The notes beneath the pieces are model-generated. The model was not told the DNA's origin and did no database searches. It saw only the letters and a list, made by a program, of their open reading frames with translations. Of a DNA stretch of 64,000 nt, positions 1-12,976 are shown in pieces. Location of the stretch: NCBI RefSeq assembly GCF_006345805.1, contig NC_043001.1, positions 39,122,001-39,186,000 on the forward strand. Direction: 5' to 3'. Origin of the DNA: Octopus sinensis (Eukaryota). Position 1 is the first letter of the stretch; each line of letters begins with the position of its first letter. A program made the position numbers and the translations under genes.

Positions 1-390
1 CTTGCTTACCAACCACATGGTTCCGGGTTTATTGCCACCGTGTGGCACCTTGGGCAAGTATCTTCTACTTTAGCATCAGGCTGACCAAAGTGTTGTGAGT
101 GGATTTGGTAGATGGAAACTAAAAGAAACCTGTCGTATATATGTATATACATATGTGTGTGTAAATATTTGTGTGTCTGTGTTTGTCCACCCACCCCCAA
201 CATCGCTTGACAACCAATTGTGGCGTGTTTACATCCCTGTAACTTTGCAGTTCAGCAAAAGAGACCGAGTAAGTACTAGGCTTACAAAGAATACGTCCTG
301 GGGTCGATTTGCTCGACTAAAGGCACTGCTCCATCATGGCTGCAGTCAAATGACTGAAACAAGTAAAATAGTAAAAGAGTGTGTCAGAGA
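1..390 (+). mobile_element. SINE copy (5'-truncated at window edge), abundant family
   Basis: Body 'accaaccacatggttccggg...gggcaagtatcttctac...gtgagtggatttggtagatggaaact' recurs inverted at ~16765-17135 and ~55820-56210; no coding potential. Confidence 0.7.
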
Positions 391-399
391 GAATTGAGA

Positions 400-2080
400 T
401 GTTGTGGGAGATAAAATGTGTACAGGTAGATAATGGCATGCTAGTATTTAGTGATTTGGAAAAGAAAAATGTGTGAAAGAGCTACTGTGAAGGGCTATTA
501 AATGTAGCAGATGAATAGAAAATGGGAGTCTCCCCATCATGTGAACCCAACAGAGGGGCCGACCATTCATATAGACAGCAGTATGATAAATAATGTAATT
601 AAAGATATAGAGACTGGAAAAATCCTTGGTTCATCAGGAGTCACTGTTAAGATGCTTAAAATATCTATAAAGAAGGATACAGTCTGGACACTGTTTAGTT
701 AATTAGGTTATTCAGGAAGGTATAATCCCCAATGACTGGTATACCAGGATCATAATCAGCTACTAAAACAGTAAATGAAATGCATTTAACATAATTAATT
801 ATAGAGGCCTCGAATTACTTGACAAAGTGATAACAGTTATGGAGAGTATAATAACCCAATTAATTAGAAACAAATTAAGCTAGATGAAATGCAGTTTGGC
901 ACAGTAATGGGAAGAAGTCAGGCAAGTACAATGGTAATATTAAGCTAAGAATAAGCTGTAGTACTTGGCATTAGTTGACCTGGAGAAAGCATTCAACAGA
1001 GCACCCTGCTCTGTAATATGCTGGTCTTTCAGGAAGCTAGAGATAGATAGATGGCTTGTGAAAAGTAGTACAGGTATTATACAGAGTTGCTATAAATAAT
1101 ATTAGGGTTAGTCATGAGAACAGTGATAGATTTAGATAAATTTTAGGGTTAGGTGTACATCAAGGCTCAGTCCTCAGCCACCTCCTATTCAGAATTGTCC
1201 TCCAGGTCATAAACAGAGGAGTTTAAGCCTGGAAACCAATGAGAACTACTATATGTAAATTACCTTGCTCTCACAGCAGAATCTGTAACAAAACTAGAAA
1301 AAAGTTTCAGGTGTGGAAGCAAAGCCTGGAATCAAAGAGCCTTGAAGTTAACTTAGCAAAGACAAAAGTCTTAGTAAGCAAGAAAACAAACAGGACCCTA
1401 CTCACTTCAGGTAAACGGTTTTTCTCAGAAAGTAAGAATGGTGTAGGCAGAAATTCATTTCAGTGTATTCAGGGCAAGTAATGGATGCACAACAGGTGCA
1501 GTGGAACAGTAGGGAGGTTAACAGAGAAAGTAGTGTCTGTATGTGAAAAATGCATAAGAGTCATAAAATCTACAAGTATACAGGAAATGGATTTTCACAA
1601 ATGCCCAAAAAGGTGCTCTAAAGGTACTAGGCAATTTCTGCTAGCTAGGTGACCTAATTTTCAGTGGAGGAGGAAATGAAATTGCTAGAATAAGATGGAG
1701 AAAGTTCAGAGATCTTTTACTTCAAGTGGCAACCAAAAGTCTCTCTTTCTGAGAGAAAGGAAAGTTGTGTGATGCCTGTGCAGAAACAGGAATGCTACGT
1801 GATAGTCAGAAATCGTCCCTGAATGTAGAGGGCATGCAAAGACTAGAAAGGTATGAAGTTACTATGTTCAGTATGATGCGTAATGTTTGTCTGCGAGGGG
1901 CTCTTTCCGCTCACCATCTCCAACATCTCAACCTTATCAACCTACAGAAGTCAATGCAGCCTGGTACAGCTCATGGCCATGCCAGCTCCAGTCAAACCAT
2001 CTCACTCATACCGACATGGAAAATTGATGCTAAACGATGACAATGATGATGGTGATGATGATAATATATACTTGTGTCTA
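400..2080 (+). mobile_element. Degenerate RTE-clade LINE (RT region to 3' tail)
   Basis: Frameshifted RT motifs: LEKAF-like at ~980, 'VNLAKTKVLV', 'WRKFRDL'. Ends in the family tail 'catggaaaattgatgctaaacgatgac(gat)n'. Confidence 0.75.
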
Positions 2081-2619
2081 TGTGCGTGTGTGCATATTCA
2101 AGAATAACATTTCTGATGACAATCAGAAATCCAACCAGTATACATACTAAAAAAGTTAATGCATTGAAAGAATGTTCATTTTAAGATACGAAGATGATGA
2201 TGATGACTTCTCAACTTTTTAGAATAATTAATAATTTTGTTAATTTCATCAAACCAAGAATAATTTATGAATCACTTGCTAGCAACTAGGTCACTCTTCT
2301 GAAATCAAACATTTAATCTCAGCGATAAAACTGATTTCAAGTTTTGGCACAAGGCCATCAATTTCAAAGGAGTAAAGTCACTTAAATCGACCCTAGTGTT
2401 CAATTGGTACTTATTTTATCGATACCAAAAGAATTAAAAGCAAAACTGATTCCAGCAGCATTTGAACTCAGAACATAAAATCAAAAGAAATGCTGCTAAG
2501 AATTTTTCCCAGCACAGTAACAATCCTGCCAGCTCAGCCAGAATATTGCTATTTCAATAACACTGGAATAATATAACGAGGAAAATTATAAACATTAAAA
2601 TATTATTGGCAGCAATATA

Positions 2620-3030
2620 TAAACAAGTTTGTTTTTGAATTGCTGAAATGTATTGTAGTACAAGTAGAAAGATATATTTTTTTCAACCTGTAAATACTGA
2701 CTGAACAGCATATATAGGATAAAATCCTTACAGAGCAGAAAAATCTGTCAGCAACCAGCCATGGGAATCGAACTCACATCCCTTTGATTTCCAGTCAAGT
2801 GCTTTACCATTAAGCTAAACTGGTTTACTGACAAATTCTTCTGCAATTTAGAACTTATAAAGTCATCCAGAAACGCTAGATGCAATATAGATTTTGTCAT
2901 ATGTAAACAAACAAGTTTGTTTTTGTGGCACTGAAATGTATTGTAGTACAAGTAGAAAGATATATTTTTCAACACATAAATACTGATAGAACAACATATA
3001 TAGGATAAAATACTTACAGAGAAGAAAAAT
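2620..3030. repeat. ~125-bp local direct duplication (2620-2746 and 2909-3030) flanking the tRNA-like element
   Basis: Both copies read 'aaacaagtttgttttt...ctgaaatgtattgtagtacaagtagaaagatatattttt...ggataaaat(c/a)cttacagag(c/a)agaaaaatc'. Confidence 0.85.
2753..2824 (-). tRNA. tRNA-like sequence (pseudogene or SINE head), anticodon position reads GGA
   Basis: Minus strand ACCAGTT TA GCTT AATGGTA AAGC A CTTGA CTGGAAA TCAAA GGGAT GTGAG TTCGATT CCCAT GGCTGGT T folds as a cloverleaf with A/B boxes. One mismatch each in the anticodon and T stems; short variable loop does not fit tRNA-Ser. Confidence 0.6.
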
Positions 3031-3220
3031 CATCATCATCTTCATCATGTATTAAAATGAACATTCTTTCAATGTATTATTGGCAGTATTAGTTTGTTAC
3101 AACATTTTGTGAATTGACTGAAACTCAAAGTTAGTGTTTATAGAAATATACTTTCTTCATGGTCATAATAGATTAATATTAACAGGAAAATACATACAAA
3201 TGATTTATATTTGTACTTAC

Positions 3221-3490
3221 TGAATAATGGTCTTGCATAAAATCTTATCTTATCAGTGGTGATTTCACAAACAATTGCTTGCTCAATATTTTGAAGAAGT
3301 GTGATGTTTATGATGCTAACATTGTTAGGAAACACATTTGCTTTAATGCTTGAAGTATTATAAATTCTGTTAATGACTGTTCCATCAATTTGCCAGTGTT
3401 TAAAGTTTTGCTTTTCAACAGGACATTCAAAAGTTACTGGTTGATTCTTCCTGGTAAATTTTGTGCCACCCTCAATTATTCCAAGAGAAA
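3221..3490 (-). CDS. Exon encoding an Ig-like domain of a secreted or membrane protein
   Basis: Acceptor ttttcatttccttcag at 3491 and donor GTAAGT at 3220; 270 nt, phase 1-1, no stops. Encodes VTFECP...KHWQID...AIVCEI (Ig Cys-Trp-Cys pattern) with N-glycosylation sequons NTS, NVS, NIT. Confidence 0.8.
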
Positions 3491-3634
3491 CTGAAGGAAA
3501 TGAAAATATAAAACACATACAAATCATTTAATAGCTACCTTGTTATTCCTAGAAGTAAATTTTCTAATGCAAGAACAACAACTTGAAATAAATTAAAATT
3601 ACGAGGATTAATTGAAAAATTCCTTTTAAAGCAT

Positions 3635-3960
3635 AATTTAAAATTAAATGTGAATATATGTACAGAGAATATTTCAGAGAGAATAGGAATCACACCCATG
3701 TATCATAGATAATGCCTAAGGCATCAACTTTCTGTCAATGTCTCAAATATTATAATCATATCATATGATCAGGAGAAATGTAAAAGAAATGTAAAAGAAA
3801 CATGTCAATCAGAAGCACACACCTACTTTAGGATGTGAAATCAGACATTCAAATATGAAGAGATATTCGGTTCCTGAACTTTATTTAAATAAAACAGATG
3901 ATAACCATTTTGTTCTATTTTCTGTGAAATCTGTATTTGTATTCACATTTAGTTTTAAAA
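3635..3960. mobile_element. Possible MITE with imperfect ~50-bp terminal inverted repeats
   Basis: 'taaaattaaatgtgaata...cagagagaatag' near 3640 is roughly the reverse complement of 'ctattttctgtgaaatctgtatttgtattcacatttagttttaaaa' near 3915-3960. Confidence 0.35.
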
Positions 3961-4305
3961 TTTAAAAGATTTTATTTGATATATTTAATTGGGCAAAAAT
4001 TAACAGCGGACAGAATGATGAAGAAGACAATGAAAATATTGATTTCAAATTTTGGTACAAGGCCAGGAATTTCGGAGGAGGGAATAAGTTGATCACATAC
4101 TAAACTAGTACTTATTTCATTGACCTGGAAAGGATGAAAGGCAAAGTCTCAACCTCAGTGGAATTTGAACTGAGAATGTAAAGCCGGACAAAATGCCACG
4201 AAACATCTTGCTCAGTGTGCTAATGAGTCTGCCAGTTCACCACCTTAAAGACAATGAGAATATTAAAAGGTAGGGAATGGTATTAAAAAGTTCCCAGAGT
4301 AGTTA

Positions 4306-5458
4306 TCTGTATATATAAAAGGTATGATGTGTGTGTGTTTGTGTGTGTGTGTGTGGACGTAATTTATGCATGTCCTCAAATTAGCATGCATGTCGCTCCA
4401 ATTTTAGGAGGACATTCATCATGACCCTAGCTGTATTTCATCAACATATTTCTCCCAGCGGCACCAGCATAGTGGTAAAAATGAATTTTCAGCCAAAACT
4501 TTTAGCAATTTTCAAGTCGGAGAAATCCATCATTGTTTACAACAGGAGTTAAGTCCCCTTCTAGCTATGAGTAAGGTTTTGTTAAAACTTTTGTTAAGTA
4601 TTTTGTCGATATACGGGCAACACACACACACGAACATGTATCCGAACAAAACACATGTATGCAATATGTGTATGATCGTGTGTGTGTGTATATATATATT
4701 CTTAAAACTTAGTTGTGATCTGAATGTAACCACTTCTGACACAGAGGAGCGGGAGCTCTTTTGGGCATTCTATTTTCCTTGCTGGAAGGCTTCCCAACCC
4801 ATGGGCAAAGGGGGTTAGATGATGGGGGTGGTGTTTTCAAAGGGCTGGCATGTGCAACCTGATCACATGTGCATGTGCAGCCTGATCAATCCATGCGCTC
4901 CCATCACGACACCGATTCTGCAGAACTGAGTTGGGTGTGAAAACCAACTTTAAAGTATAAATATTTATGTTTTTGAATCAACAATATTGTGTTCGGTTAA
5001 GTCCTATTTGGGATGAAAAACCAATTAACTGATTCCTCATGGGGTTTTCCATTTAATCAGGATAAAAAAAAAAGAAATCGATAAACCGATTCCTTATAGG
5101 ATTTCCCAATAAAATTGGCTACACCCCATTTTCAACCATAACTTTTACCGAATTTGATGTATTTTATTCAAACTTGATGCCAGCATTACTTAGGAGTCAT
5201 GGGATCTTTGAATGCTCTAAGTTCTCCAAAAACGAAAATGAAAAAAAATCGATGAGTTGAAAACAAATCAATAAACCGATTCCTTATGGGATTTCCCAAT
5301 CAAGTCATCTGCTACTCATTTTCAACCAAAAGTTTACCAATTTCAACAGATTTCGCTCAAATATGACATCGATGTTACTTAGTTTGGTTTGAAATAAAGA
5401 ACTTGATTAGCTTAATAATCCTAAATTAATCCCGGGCAACGCCGGGCTACACTGCTAG
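4306..5458 (+). mobile_element. Non-autonomous Helitron (family A)
   Basis: 5' a|TCTGTATATATAAAA. 3' GC hairpin cccgggcaacgccggg about 7 nt before CTAG|t, giving an A/T target. Internal ~190-bp direct repeats at 5080-5340. Confidence 0.8.
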
Positions 5459-5479
5459 TGTTTAATAAAAAAAAATAAC

Positions 5480-6570
5480 TTGTTTACTTAAGTTTTAACA
5501 GCATCTCTTTTGAAAAAGTCATCTTGCACAGCAATACACTGATCCCAGCATTCCTGCCACTATTGGAATTTGGCCTGGAAGTCATTTTCTGTAAGCGAGT
5601 TGAGGACTTTCTGTGATTCACTCTTGATCTTGACAACAGTGTTAAAACGGCAACCTTTGAGCTGAATTTTTACCTTGGCAAAGAGATGGCAGTCTGTAAA
5701 TGCTAAACCTGGCAAATAGGGCAAGTGTGAGAGTGATACCATGTTGTTTTTGGCAAGGAACTCAGATAGGGTGCATTGTCATCATGAAGAATCCATTTCT
5801 GTGTGCTCAAAAGATCCGGTTGCTTTAGCCGAATGTCCTCCCTCAGATGCTTCACAACATCGCAGTAAAATTCTTCATTGACTGTCTGGCCTTGGGGGAT
5901 GAATTCTTTATGCACAATACTGGTGATGTTGAAAAAACAATGAGCATGATCTTGACTGAGCTGTAGCTCTGTCATGCCTTCTTTGGTTATGGTGATGAAG
6001 GCCTCTTCCATTGGGATAATGGTTGGTTCATCTCAGGGTAGTACCCATAGACCCAACTCTTATCATCGGTGATGATCCTTGATATAAAGGATGAGTCATC
6101 AGTGGCATGCTAATGGAGATCTTGACAGACTTTGACATGATGTTCTTTCTGTTCAGTAGTCAGCAGGCAGGGGACAAACTTAGCAAAGACACACTACATG
6201 TTCAATTCAGATGTTAGGATTGCCTCGATGAACCAATATGACAAACCGGCATCAGCAATGTTGTTGTCTTCAGATGATCCTCATGCACAAACTGATGAAT
6301 TTACAGGCTGACATTCATGGTAGGTCACTCAGATTGTTCCCTATCTTCCTAGGATGTTCTTCCACTTTTGAAGCACCCACACTACTTGAAACTTTGCATA
6401 CGACTTATTGCCTCATCGCTGTAAGATTGCCAAAGCATGATCAATGTCTCTGTAGCAGACTTCCCAAGTTTAATGCAAAATTTCAGATTGGCTCTTGGTT
6501 CCAACTTTCAGTTTATGACAAAATTGCAAAATCTAAGTCGATCATGGAATGATATGTCACAAACTGCATG
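5480..6570 (-). mobile_element. Degenerate mariner transposon
   Basis: Broken transposase: 'RANLKFCIKLGKSATETL', 'IITDDKSWVYGY', 'HKEFIPQGQTVNEEFYCDVV', 'LHDDNAP'. Confidence 0.85.
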
Positions 6571-6574
6571 ATCT

Positions 6575-7745
6575 TGGCATAGTTGGAAAATTGGGAGAAT
6601 GACTTCATGATTTTCTGAAGGATGAAAGTCAGGTGGTAGTAGCCAATGGGACAACCTCCAATAACACGCAAATAGTGAGTGGTGTTCCGCAAAGCACTGC
6701 TTTGGGACCACTGCTGTTCGTAACGGCCCTCTCAGATATACCCTCAGCCACGCAGAGAGCCACAATCACAAGTTATGCAGATGATACAAAAGTTTCACAG
6801 GTGATACAGAACCCTGAAGACATTATGCACCTGCAATGTGAAATATACGAAATATACAAGTGGGCTGAAAAGAATAGCATGCAGTTCAATGCTGAAAAGT
6901 TTCAAGCTTTATGCTATCAGCATGCAAAATTAAATGCAATACACAATAAACACACTGGACCTGGAGGGATTGCAATCTCAGAAACACAATCAGTACGAGA
7001 CCTGGGTATTTACATGAGTAATGATGCAACCTTTCATGTGCATGTTGCTAAATTGGCAATGAAATGTAGGCAGCTGACTGGATGGATTCTTAGAGCTTTT
7101 AGAGCAAGAGACCAGGAAACCATGATGGTCCTCTGGAGGACACTTGTCCTAAGCTACTTTGACTACTGCTCTCAACTATGGTCACCAACCAGTGTCAAAT
7201 TATTTACAGAACTTGAGGCAATCCAATGAAGCTACACAATGAAGATGGCTTCTGTGCAGCATATAAACTATTGGGAAAGACTCAAGAGAATAAGACTCTC
7301 TTCCTTAGAGCGTAGGCAAGAAAGATATGCCATAATATACATCTGGAAGGACTTGTCCCAAACTTTGGCATCGAGAGTTACACAAATACTAGAACTGGGC
7401 GCCACTGCATAGTGCCAAGGACTCCAAATTTGCCATCAAGATGTAGAAGATACTGTGATAGCCTAGGCTTCAGAGGTCCACAGCTCTTCAATATCCTCCC
7501 GAAGGACCTGAGAGACCTGCATGGGGTGGATGCAGATGTCTTTAAAATAAAGCTGGACCTCTTCCTGTCAGGTGTCCCAGATGAACCAGCTTCACAGCAG
7601 GAGGTGCAGATGAGGGCAGCTGCATCAAACTCTCTCATGCACCAAATGTCAATTGCTAAAAAGCATTCGTGAAGTAAAATCATGTAGCAACACCGAATGG
7701 CAGTGCCCCAGCATGGCCACAGCTCGTGAGCTGAAACTAGATAAA
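6575..7745 (+). mobile_element. 5'-truncated CR1/Jockey-group LINE (RT C-terminal half and 3' tail)
   Basis: ORF 6633-7229 has SGVPQSTALGPLLF and YADDTK. Continues after a stop as 'YWERLK...SLERRQERY'. Ends with tail 'gccccagcatggccacagctcgtgagctgaaactag'. Confidence 0.9.
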
Positions 7746-8169
7746 ATGAAAAAATGAAAATATATATATATATATAACCATCTATATATATCCATATATA
7801 TTATAATAAAGGGTTAATTGCAACAAGTTGCTCAAAACCACATACCGAAAATATTAGAAATGGCAGCCAAATAGGTCACCATATATATATATATATATAT
7901 ATATATATCCATATATGTTACGAAAAGAAAATATAAAATACACGTGGAAATGTAAGGGTAAAATAAGAAAAATCAACGGAAATGCATATTGCAAATAGAA
8001 AAAGGCTATTTATGACAGATAGTGACAAATATATACATTTAGATTGACTGAGGTAGTAATATGAGTCATAAAGGTCATTATTATGAGATGATTATAAGAT
8101 GATAATAAAGTAAGAGAACAAAATGAACCAATGGTTTACGTGAAGGCTATTCATTGTTTGAATTCATAT

Positions 8170-9270
8170 ATATATCATCATCATCATCATCATCATCATT
8201 TAGTGTCCGCTTTCCATGCTAGCATGGGTTGGACGGTTCAACTGGGGTCTGTGAAGCCAGAAGGCTGCATCAGGCCCAGTCCGATCTGGCAGTGTTTCTA
8301 CGGCTGGATGCCCTTCCTAACGTCAACCACTCCGTGAGTGTAGTGGGTGCTTTTTACGTGTCACCCGCACAGGTGCCAGACGGAGCTGGCATACGGCCAT
8401 GGACGGATGGTGCTTTTTATGTGCCACTGGCACGGGGTCAGGCGAGGCTGGCAACGGCCACGAACGGATGGTGCTTTTTACGTGCCACTGGCACGAGGCC
8501 AGTCGGGGCGGCGCTGGCAACGGTCATGAACGGATGGTGGTGCCAGATGAGTCTGGCAAACAGCCACGAACGGATGGTGCTTTTTATGTGCACCGGCACA
8601 AGGCCAGTCTGGGCGGCGCTGGCAATGGCCACATTCGGATGGTTCCCTTACGTGCCACCGGCACTGGTAACTCAGCTGCAATTTCCATTGATCGATTTCG
8701 ATTCTGATCCTCACTTGCCTCAACAGATCTTCACAAGTAGAGTTTTGTGTCCCAAGAAGGGAAGGTATGCATACATGGGCTGGCTACATCCCATGTAGAA
8801 GGCCACGGGTTATGGTCTCACTTGTCCTGCCAGGTCTTCTCGCGCACAGCATACTTCCAGAGGTCTCGGTCGCTAGTCATTTCCTCAGTTCGAAGGTCAT
8901 GCTTCACCACCTCGTCCCAGGTTTTCCTGGGTCTGCCTCTTCCACAGGTTCCCTCAACTGCTAGGGTGTGGAACTTTTTCACACAACTATCTTTTTCACA
9001 CAACTATCTTCATCCATTCTCACCACATGCCCATACCAGCACAAACGTCCCTCTTGCACACCACAACTGATGCTTCTTAGGTCCAGCTTTTCTCTCAAGG
9101 TACTTACACTCTGTCGAATATGAGTACTGACATTACACATCCATCAGAGCATACTGGCTTCATTTCTTGCGAGCTTACGCATATCCTCAGCAGTCACGGC
9201 CCATGTTTCACTGCCATGTAGCATGGCTGTTCATACACACGCGTCATACAGTCTGCCTTTTACTCTGAGC
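8170..9270 (-). mobile_element. RTE-clade LINE 3' portion with ~60-bp minisatellite in the 3' UTR (8340-8670)
   Basis: Minus strand encodes 'VEGTCGRGRPRKTWDEVVKHDL' and 'GSETWAVTAED'. 3' UTR carries 5 units of 'acgaacggatggtgctttttacgtgccactggcac'; (gat)n tail. Confidence 0.9.
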
Positions 9271-9314
9271 ATATATCCATATATATATATATATATATAT
9301 CCATATATATATAT

Positions 9315-9384
<70 letters not shown>

Positions 9385-9425
9385 TATATATCCATATATA
9401 TCATATATATCCATATATATCATAT
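9270..9425. repeat. (TA)n microsatellite
   Basis: Direct read. Confidence 0.95.
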
Positions 9426-9728
9426 ATATCATCGTTTAATGTACGCTTTCCATGCTAGCATGGGTTGGACGATTTTGTCTCACGGCTGGCAAACCAGACG
9501 GTCGCACCAAGTTCCATTTGTGATCTACAGCTGGATGCCCTTCCTAATGCCACCCACTCCAAGAGTGTAGTGTGTGCTTTTTATGTGCCACCAGCACAGG
9601 GCCAGTAAGGCGGTGCTGGCAATGACCTACTCAAATCTTTTAAGACATACCTCTGGCACAGGTGCCAGTAAGTCAATGTTGGTAACGATCACGCTTGAAT
9701 GGTGCCCTTTCACGTATATATATATATA

Positions 9729-11030
9729 CTAGGAGAGTTACCCCGCGTTGCCTGAGTTACACACAATTGAAGAATGCGACTTTTCTGTTATATTTTCTGT
9801 AATGAACTTGAATACCTATGTTTCGAATTTCATCAAAATTGCAGATGAGGGTTATTTTCCCTCTTTACACACCCAAACAAAATTGTAATCATGCCACATG
9901 TATCCCATACTACTGATTTTTATGCGCATATTCCAAAATCCCAGTCTTATAGAACCTGTTAAAAGGATTTTGCTCCTGAAAAATGGAGGTCATAGAACTC
10001 TAAAATGTGAGAGTTAACGCCCCTATTGGGGGTGGGCATCTGAATGTCAAACCAGAGAAGTTGAATTGTTGAGAATCTTTTTAACTTGGGTCTTATATCT
10101 ATTGTTTGAATTTTTTTGAAATAGGAAATATATGTTCACTGGGTTTGTCAAGCAACAGGAAACCAAAAGATGAATCATCGCAATAAGCAGTCAGCTACCC
10201 TACCCTAGTAGTTACCACTCCCAATGTAGGATTCCTCACCATCCAGGTGACAGGCACAGCCGTAAGATGCATTACAAATCTATAGAAATTGGAAGGGCGT
10301 GACCCAACTGAAATAAACATTAACAACTATGTGATGTGAGGGCTAAGGAGAAATGAAAGTTGGAGTTTGCAAACGACCACTATACTGATACATAACTGGA
10401 CAGAATAAATTTACAATCTATAAATGTCTTTGAATAACCAGTCACTCATCTGGGAAGGCCTTGAAATCAATGTTACCATCTAGGGACTATGTGTGACCGA
10501 GTGATAATAAAAAGACCGAAAGGAGGTCTGCAATCAAATAACTTTACTCAACACTTTGCAACTGAATCAGTGGAGGCAAAGATACCTCTCAATTACTTGA
10601 CAATTTATGCACAACATTGCAGAAATCACAATGTAAGTGTATGTCAAAGCAAACTCTTACACTGTTGTACCACTGAATTACAAATAATGCTCATCTTTTA
10701 TACTCGGGTAACCCTACAGCTTCCAAGAGAACAACTGTATTCATTTATGCTTAGATAAAGTGACAAAATTGTGGGTGTTAAGTCCCCATGGAGGGGGCTT
10801 TCTAACTTGTAAGAAGATGAAATTTTATAAATATTACTTCATTTGTGTCTAATATCTATGATTAAAATTTCATCAACAGCAAAAATATATGAATTGTCAT
10901 AAGGGTTATGGCCCTTATGCATAGAATATAATTTCCAAATTTCATAAAGATTCATTCAGTACTTTTGACCTAGTTTTGGATCATAAAAGAAATGAGTAAA
11001 ATTTGTGAGTTAAGGCTCCCATTAGGGTGT
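9729..11030 (-). mobile_element. Helitron 3' end (at 9729) and probable non-autonomous body; right boundary uncertain
   Basis: Minus strand 'ctcaggcaacgcggggtaactctcCTAG|t' is a hairpin followed by CTAG, resembling the family A terminus. Confidence 0.5.
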
Positions 11031-11385
11031 TATATATATATATATATATATATATTATTAATATTTGAGGGAATAAAATCCAAAACTTACAAGGAAAAAA
11101 AATTCAATTTAGAAGTACTAAATCAAATTTCATACAATATAATATATATCATTATTTTTTTGCAATTTACTTAATCATTGACATTTTGTTGTTATTTTAA
11201 TGTTTATATTTCTATTATATGTAATTTTCTAGAGGGTGTAATTTAATTGTTCATTTTGAATTGATAAAAGGTGTTTCTTTCTAAATTTATATATATATAT
11301 ATATAATGGCGGTGCCCCAGCATGGCCACAGCTCATGAGCTGAAACTAGAATCAATCAATCATATATATATATATATATATTTAT

Positions 11386-11453
11386 TTTATAGAAGGAGCT
11401 TCTACAGGACTAGAACTCTAGAGTTCTAGTCCTGTAGAAGCTCCTTCTATAAA
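11386..11453. repeat. Perfect 68-bp palindrome with no spacer
   Basis: tttatagaaggagcttctacaggactagaactCT|AGagttctagtcctgtagaagctccttctataaa; centre between 11419 and 11420. Confidence 0.95.
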
Positions 11454-11523
11454 TAAGTTAATTTACTCTGCTATGTATTGAGTACCTTATTTACTGTGGT
11501 TAACCCCGACTCAACCCGGGACC

Positions 11524-11526
<3 letters not shown>

Positions 11527-11569
<43 letters not shown>

Positions 11570-11652
11570 TAGATAGATAGATAGATACATACGTACATAC
11601 ATACATACATACATACATACATACATACATACATACATACATACATAAATAT

Positions 11653-11687
<35 letters not shown>

Positions 11688-11716
11688 TAGATATATATAC
11701 ACACACACACACACAT
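11527..11716. repeat. Compound microsatellite (TA)n(GATA)n(CATA)n(CA)n
   Basis: Direct read. Confidence 0.95.
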
Positions 11717-11935
11717 ACAAAGATAAATTGATAGATACAACTGAGTGGGCAAACAAAAATATGAGACACAGGCTAGTGCTTTTTTTATGTCGATAAGACT
11801 GGTATTTATTCTATTAGTTTGTTCTTGTGAAACCAGTTGGTTATGTGGATGTAAATAAATGAACAGCAGTTGTGAAGCAGTGATGAGGGTGAAACACAGA
11901 CAAAGACACACACATAAACTTACATATATACATAC

Positions 11936-11979
<44 letters not shown>

Positions 11980-11992
<13 letters not shown>

Positions 11993-12976
11993 TGAGAATG
12001 TGTGTCTGTCTGTCTGTGTGTTTCCCTAAAACTTGAGAACTACACTACCAATTTCATTCAAATTTTACAAATGCCTTACTTAGGGTCCATGTAGTTTCAT
12101 GGGCAAAAAAAAATGTTTAACTTCTTGCCTAAGGCGAGCCCATAGCAATATCATATCTTCTCCACTATTTCAGTATTACGTGTTAAAAATGAAACAAAAG
12201 CATTTCTCTATTTTATGTCAGATACTTTCACTTTAACAATAGAAATTAGAGATAATAATAACAATTGAATTATATGTAGTAAGTAATAATTAAAATCAAA
12301 CTAAAGTATAATATAATCGTAACATAACAAAAGTAAAAATAGCAATTGGTATAAAATTGCATCAATGACTTGAACTTGAATAAGTGGTTTCACATGAATG
12401 GGAATAAATTAAAAATAAAATTAGCGTGCAGAAATGGAATAGTCCAGATGGACTATTATACATAAAGGACTATAGCTTCAACTGCGTACTGCTTTTTGAT
12501 TCACTGTTTAACTATTGTTATCACGTTTGTTGGTTCCTCCTAAGGGAAACGTTGTCGTGTTGCATTTGTTAAATAACTGTAAACTGTAACCCTCCCCCTT
12601 TGGGAGAAGGAGCTTTGGTTATTGTTTAAAAATTGAATTGTGTCACTGTTTGGGGAAATTGACAATATTTTCACCGTTTACACGGAAGCATTTTTGTTAG
12701 AATGCCTTCGATAGAAGAAAGTCCAAAAATGAATTTCGCTGCAGCCATCAGCAGGCGCAAACTCATTAAAATTAAAATGGAAGAAATACAAACCTATTTC
12801 GGATTGATCACCGACAAAGACGGTAAATCTAGGATAACACCACCAAACGAAATAAAAAATTAAATTAAAGAAAAGACTATTGTCTATAAAGTATATACTG
12901 TAGAGAAAAAAAAATTTGAACACCTGGAGGAAAGCACCATCGAAAAGTGTCTTGGTGCGACTATGAAAGATATCTA
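11980..12976 (+). mobile_element. Probable non-autonomous Helitron (family B); an inverted partial copy lies at ~20990-21410
   Basis: 5' 'tatatataaaactgagaatgtgtgtctgtc...' is of Helitron type. Positions 11985-12400 match the reverse complement of 20990-21410. Confidence 0.5.
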
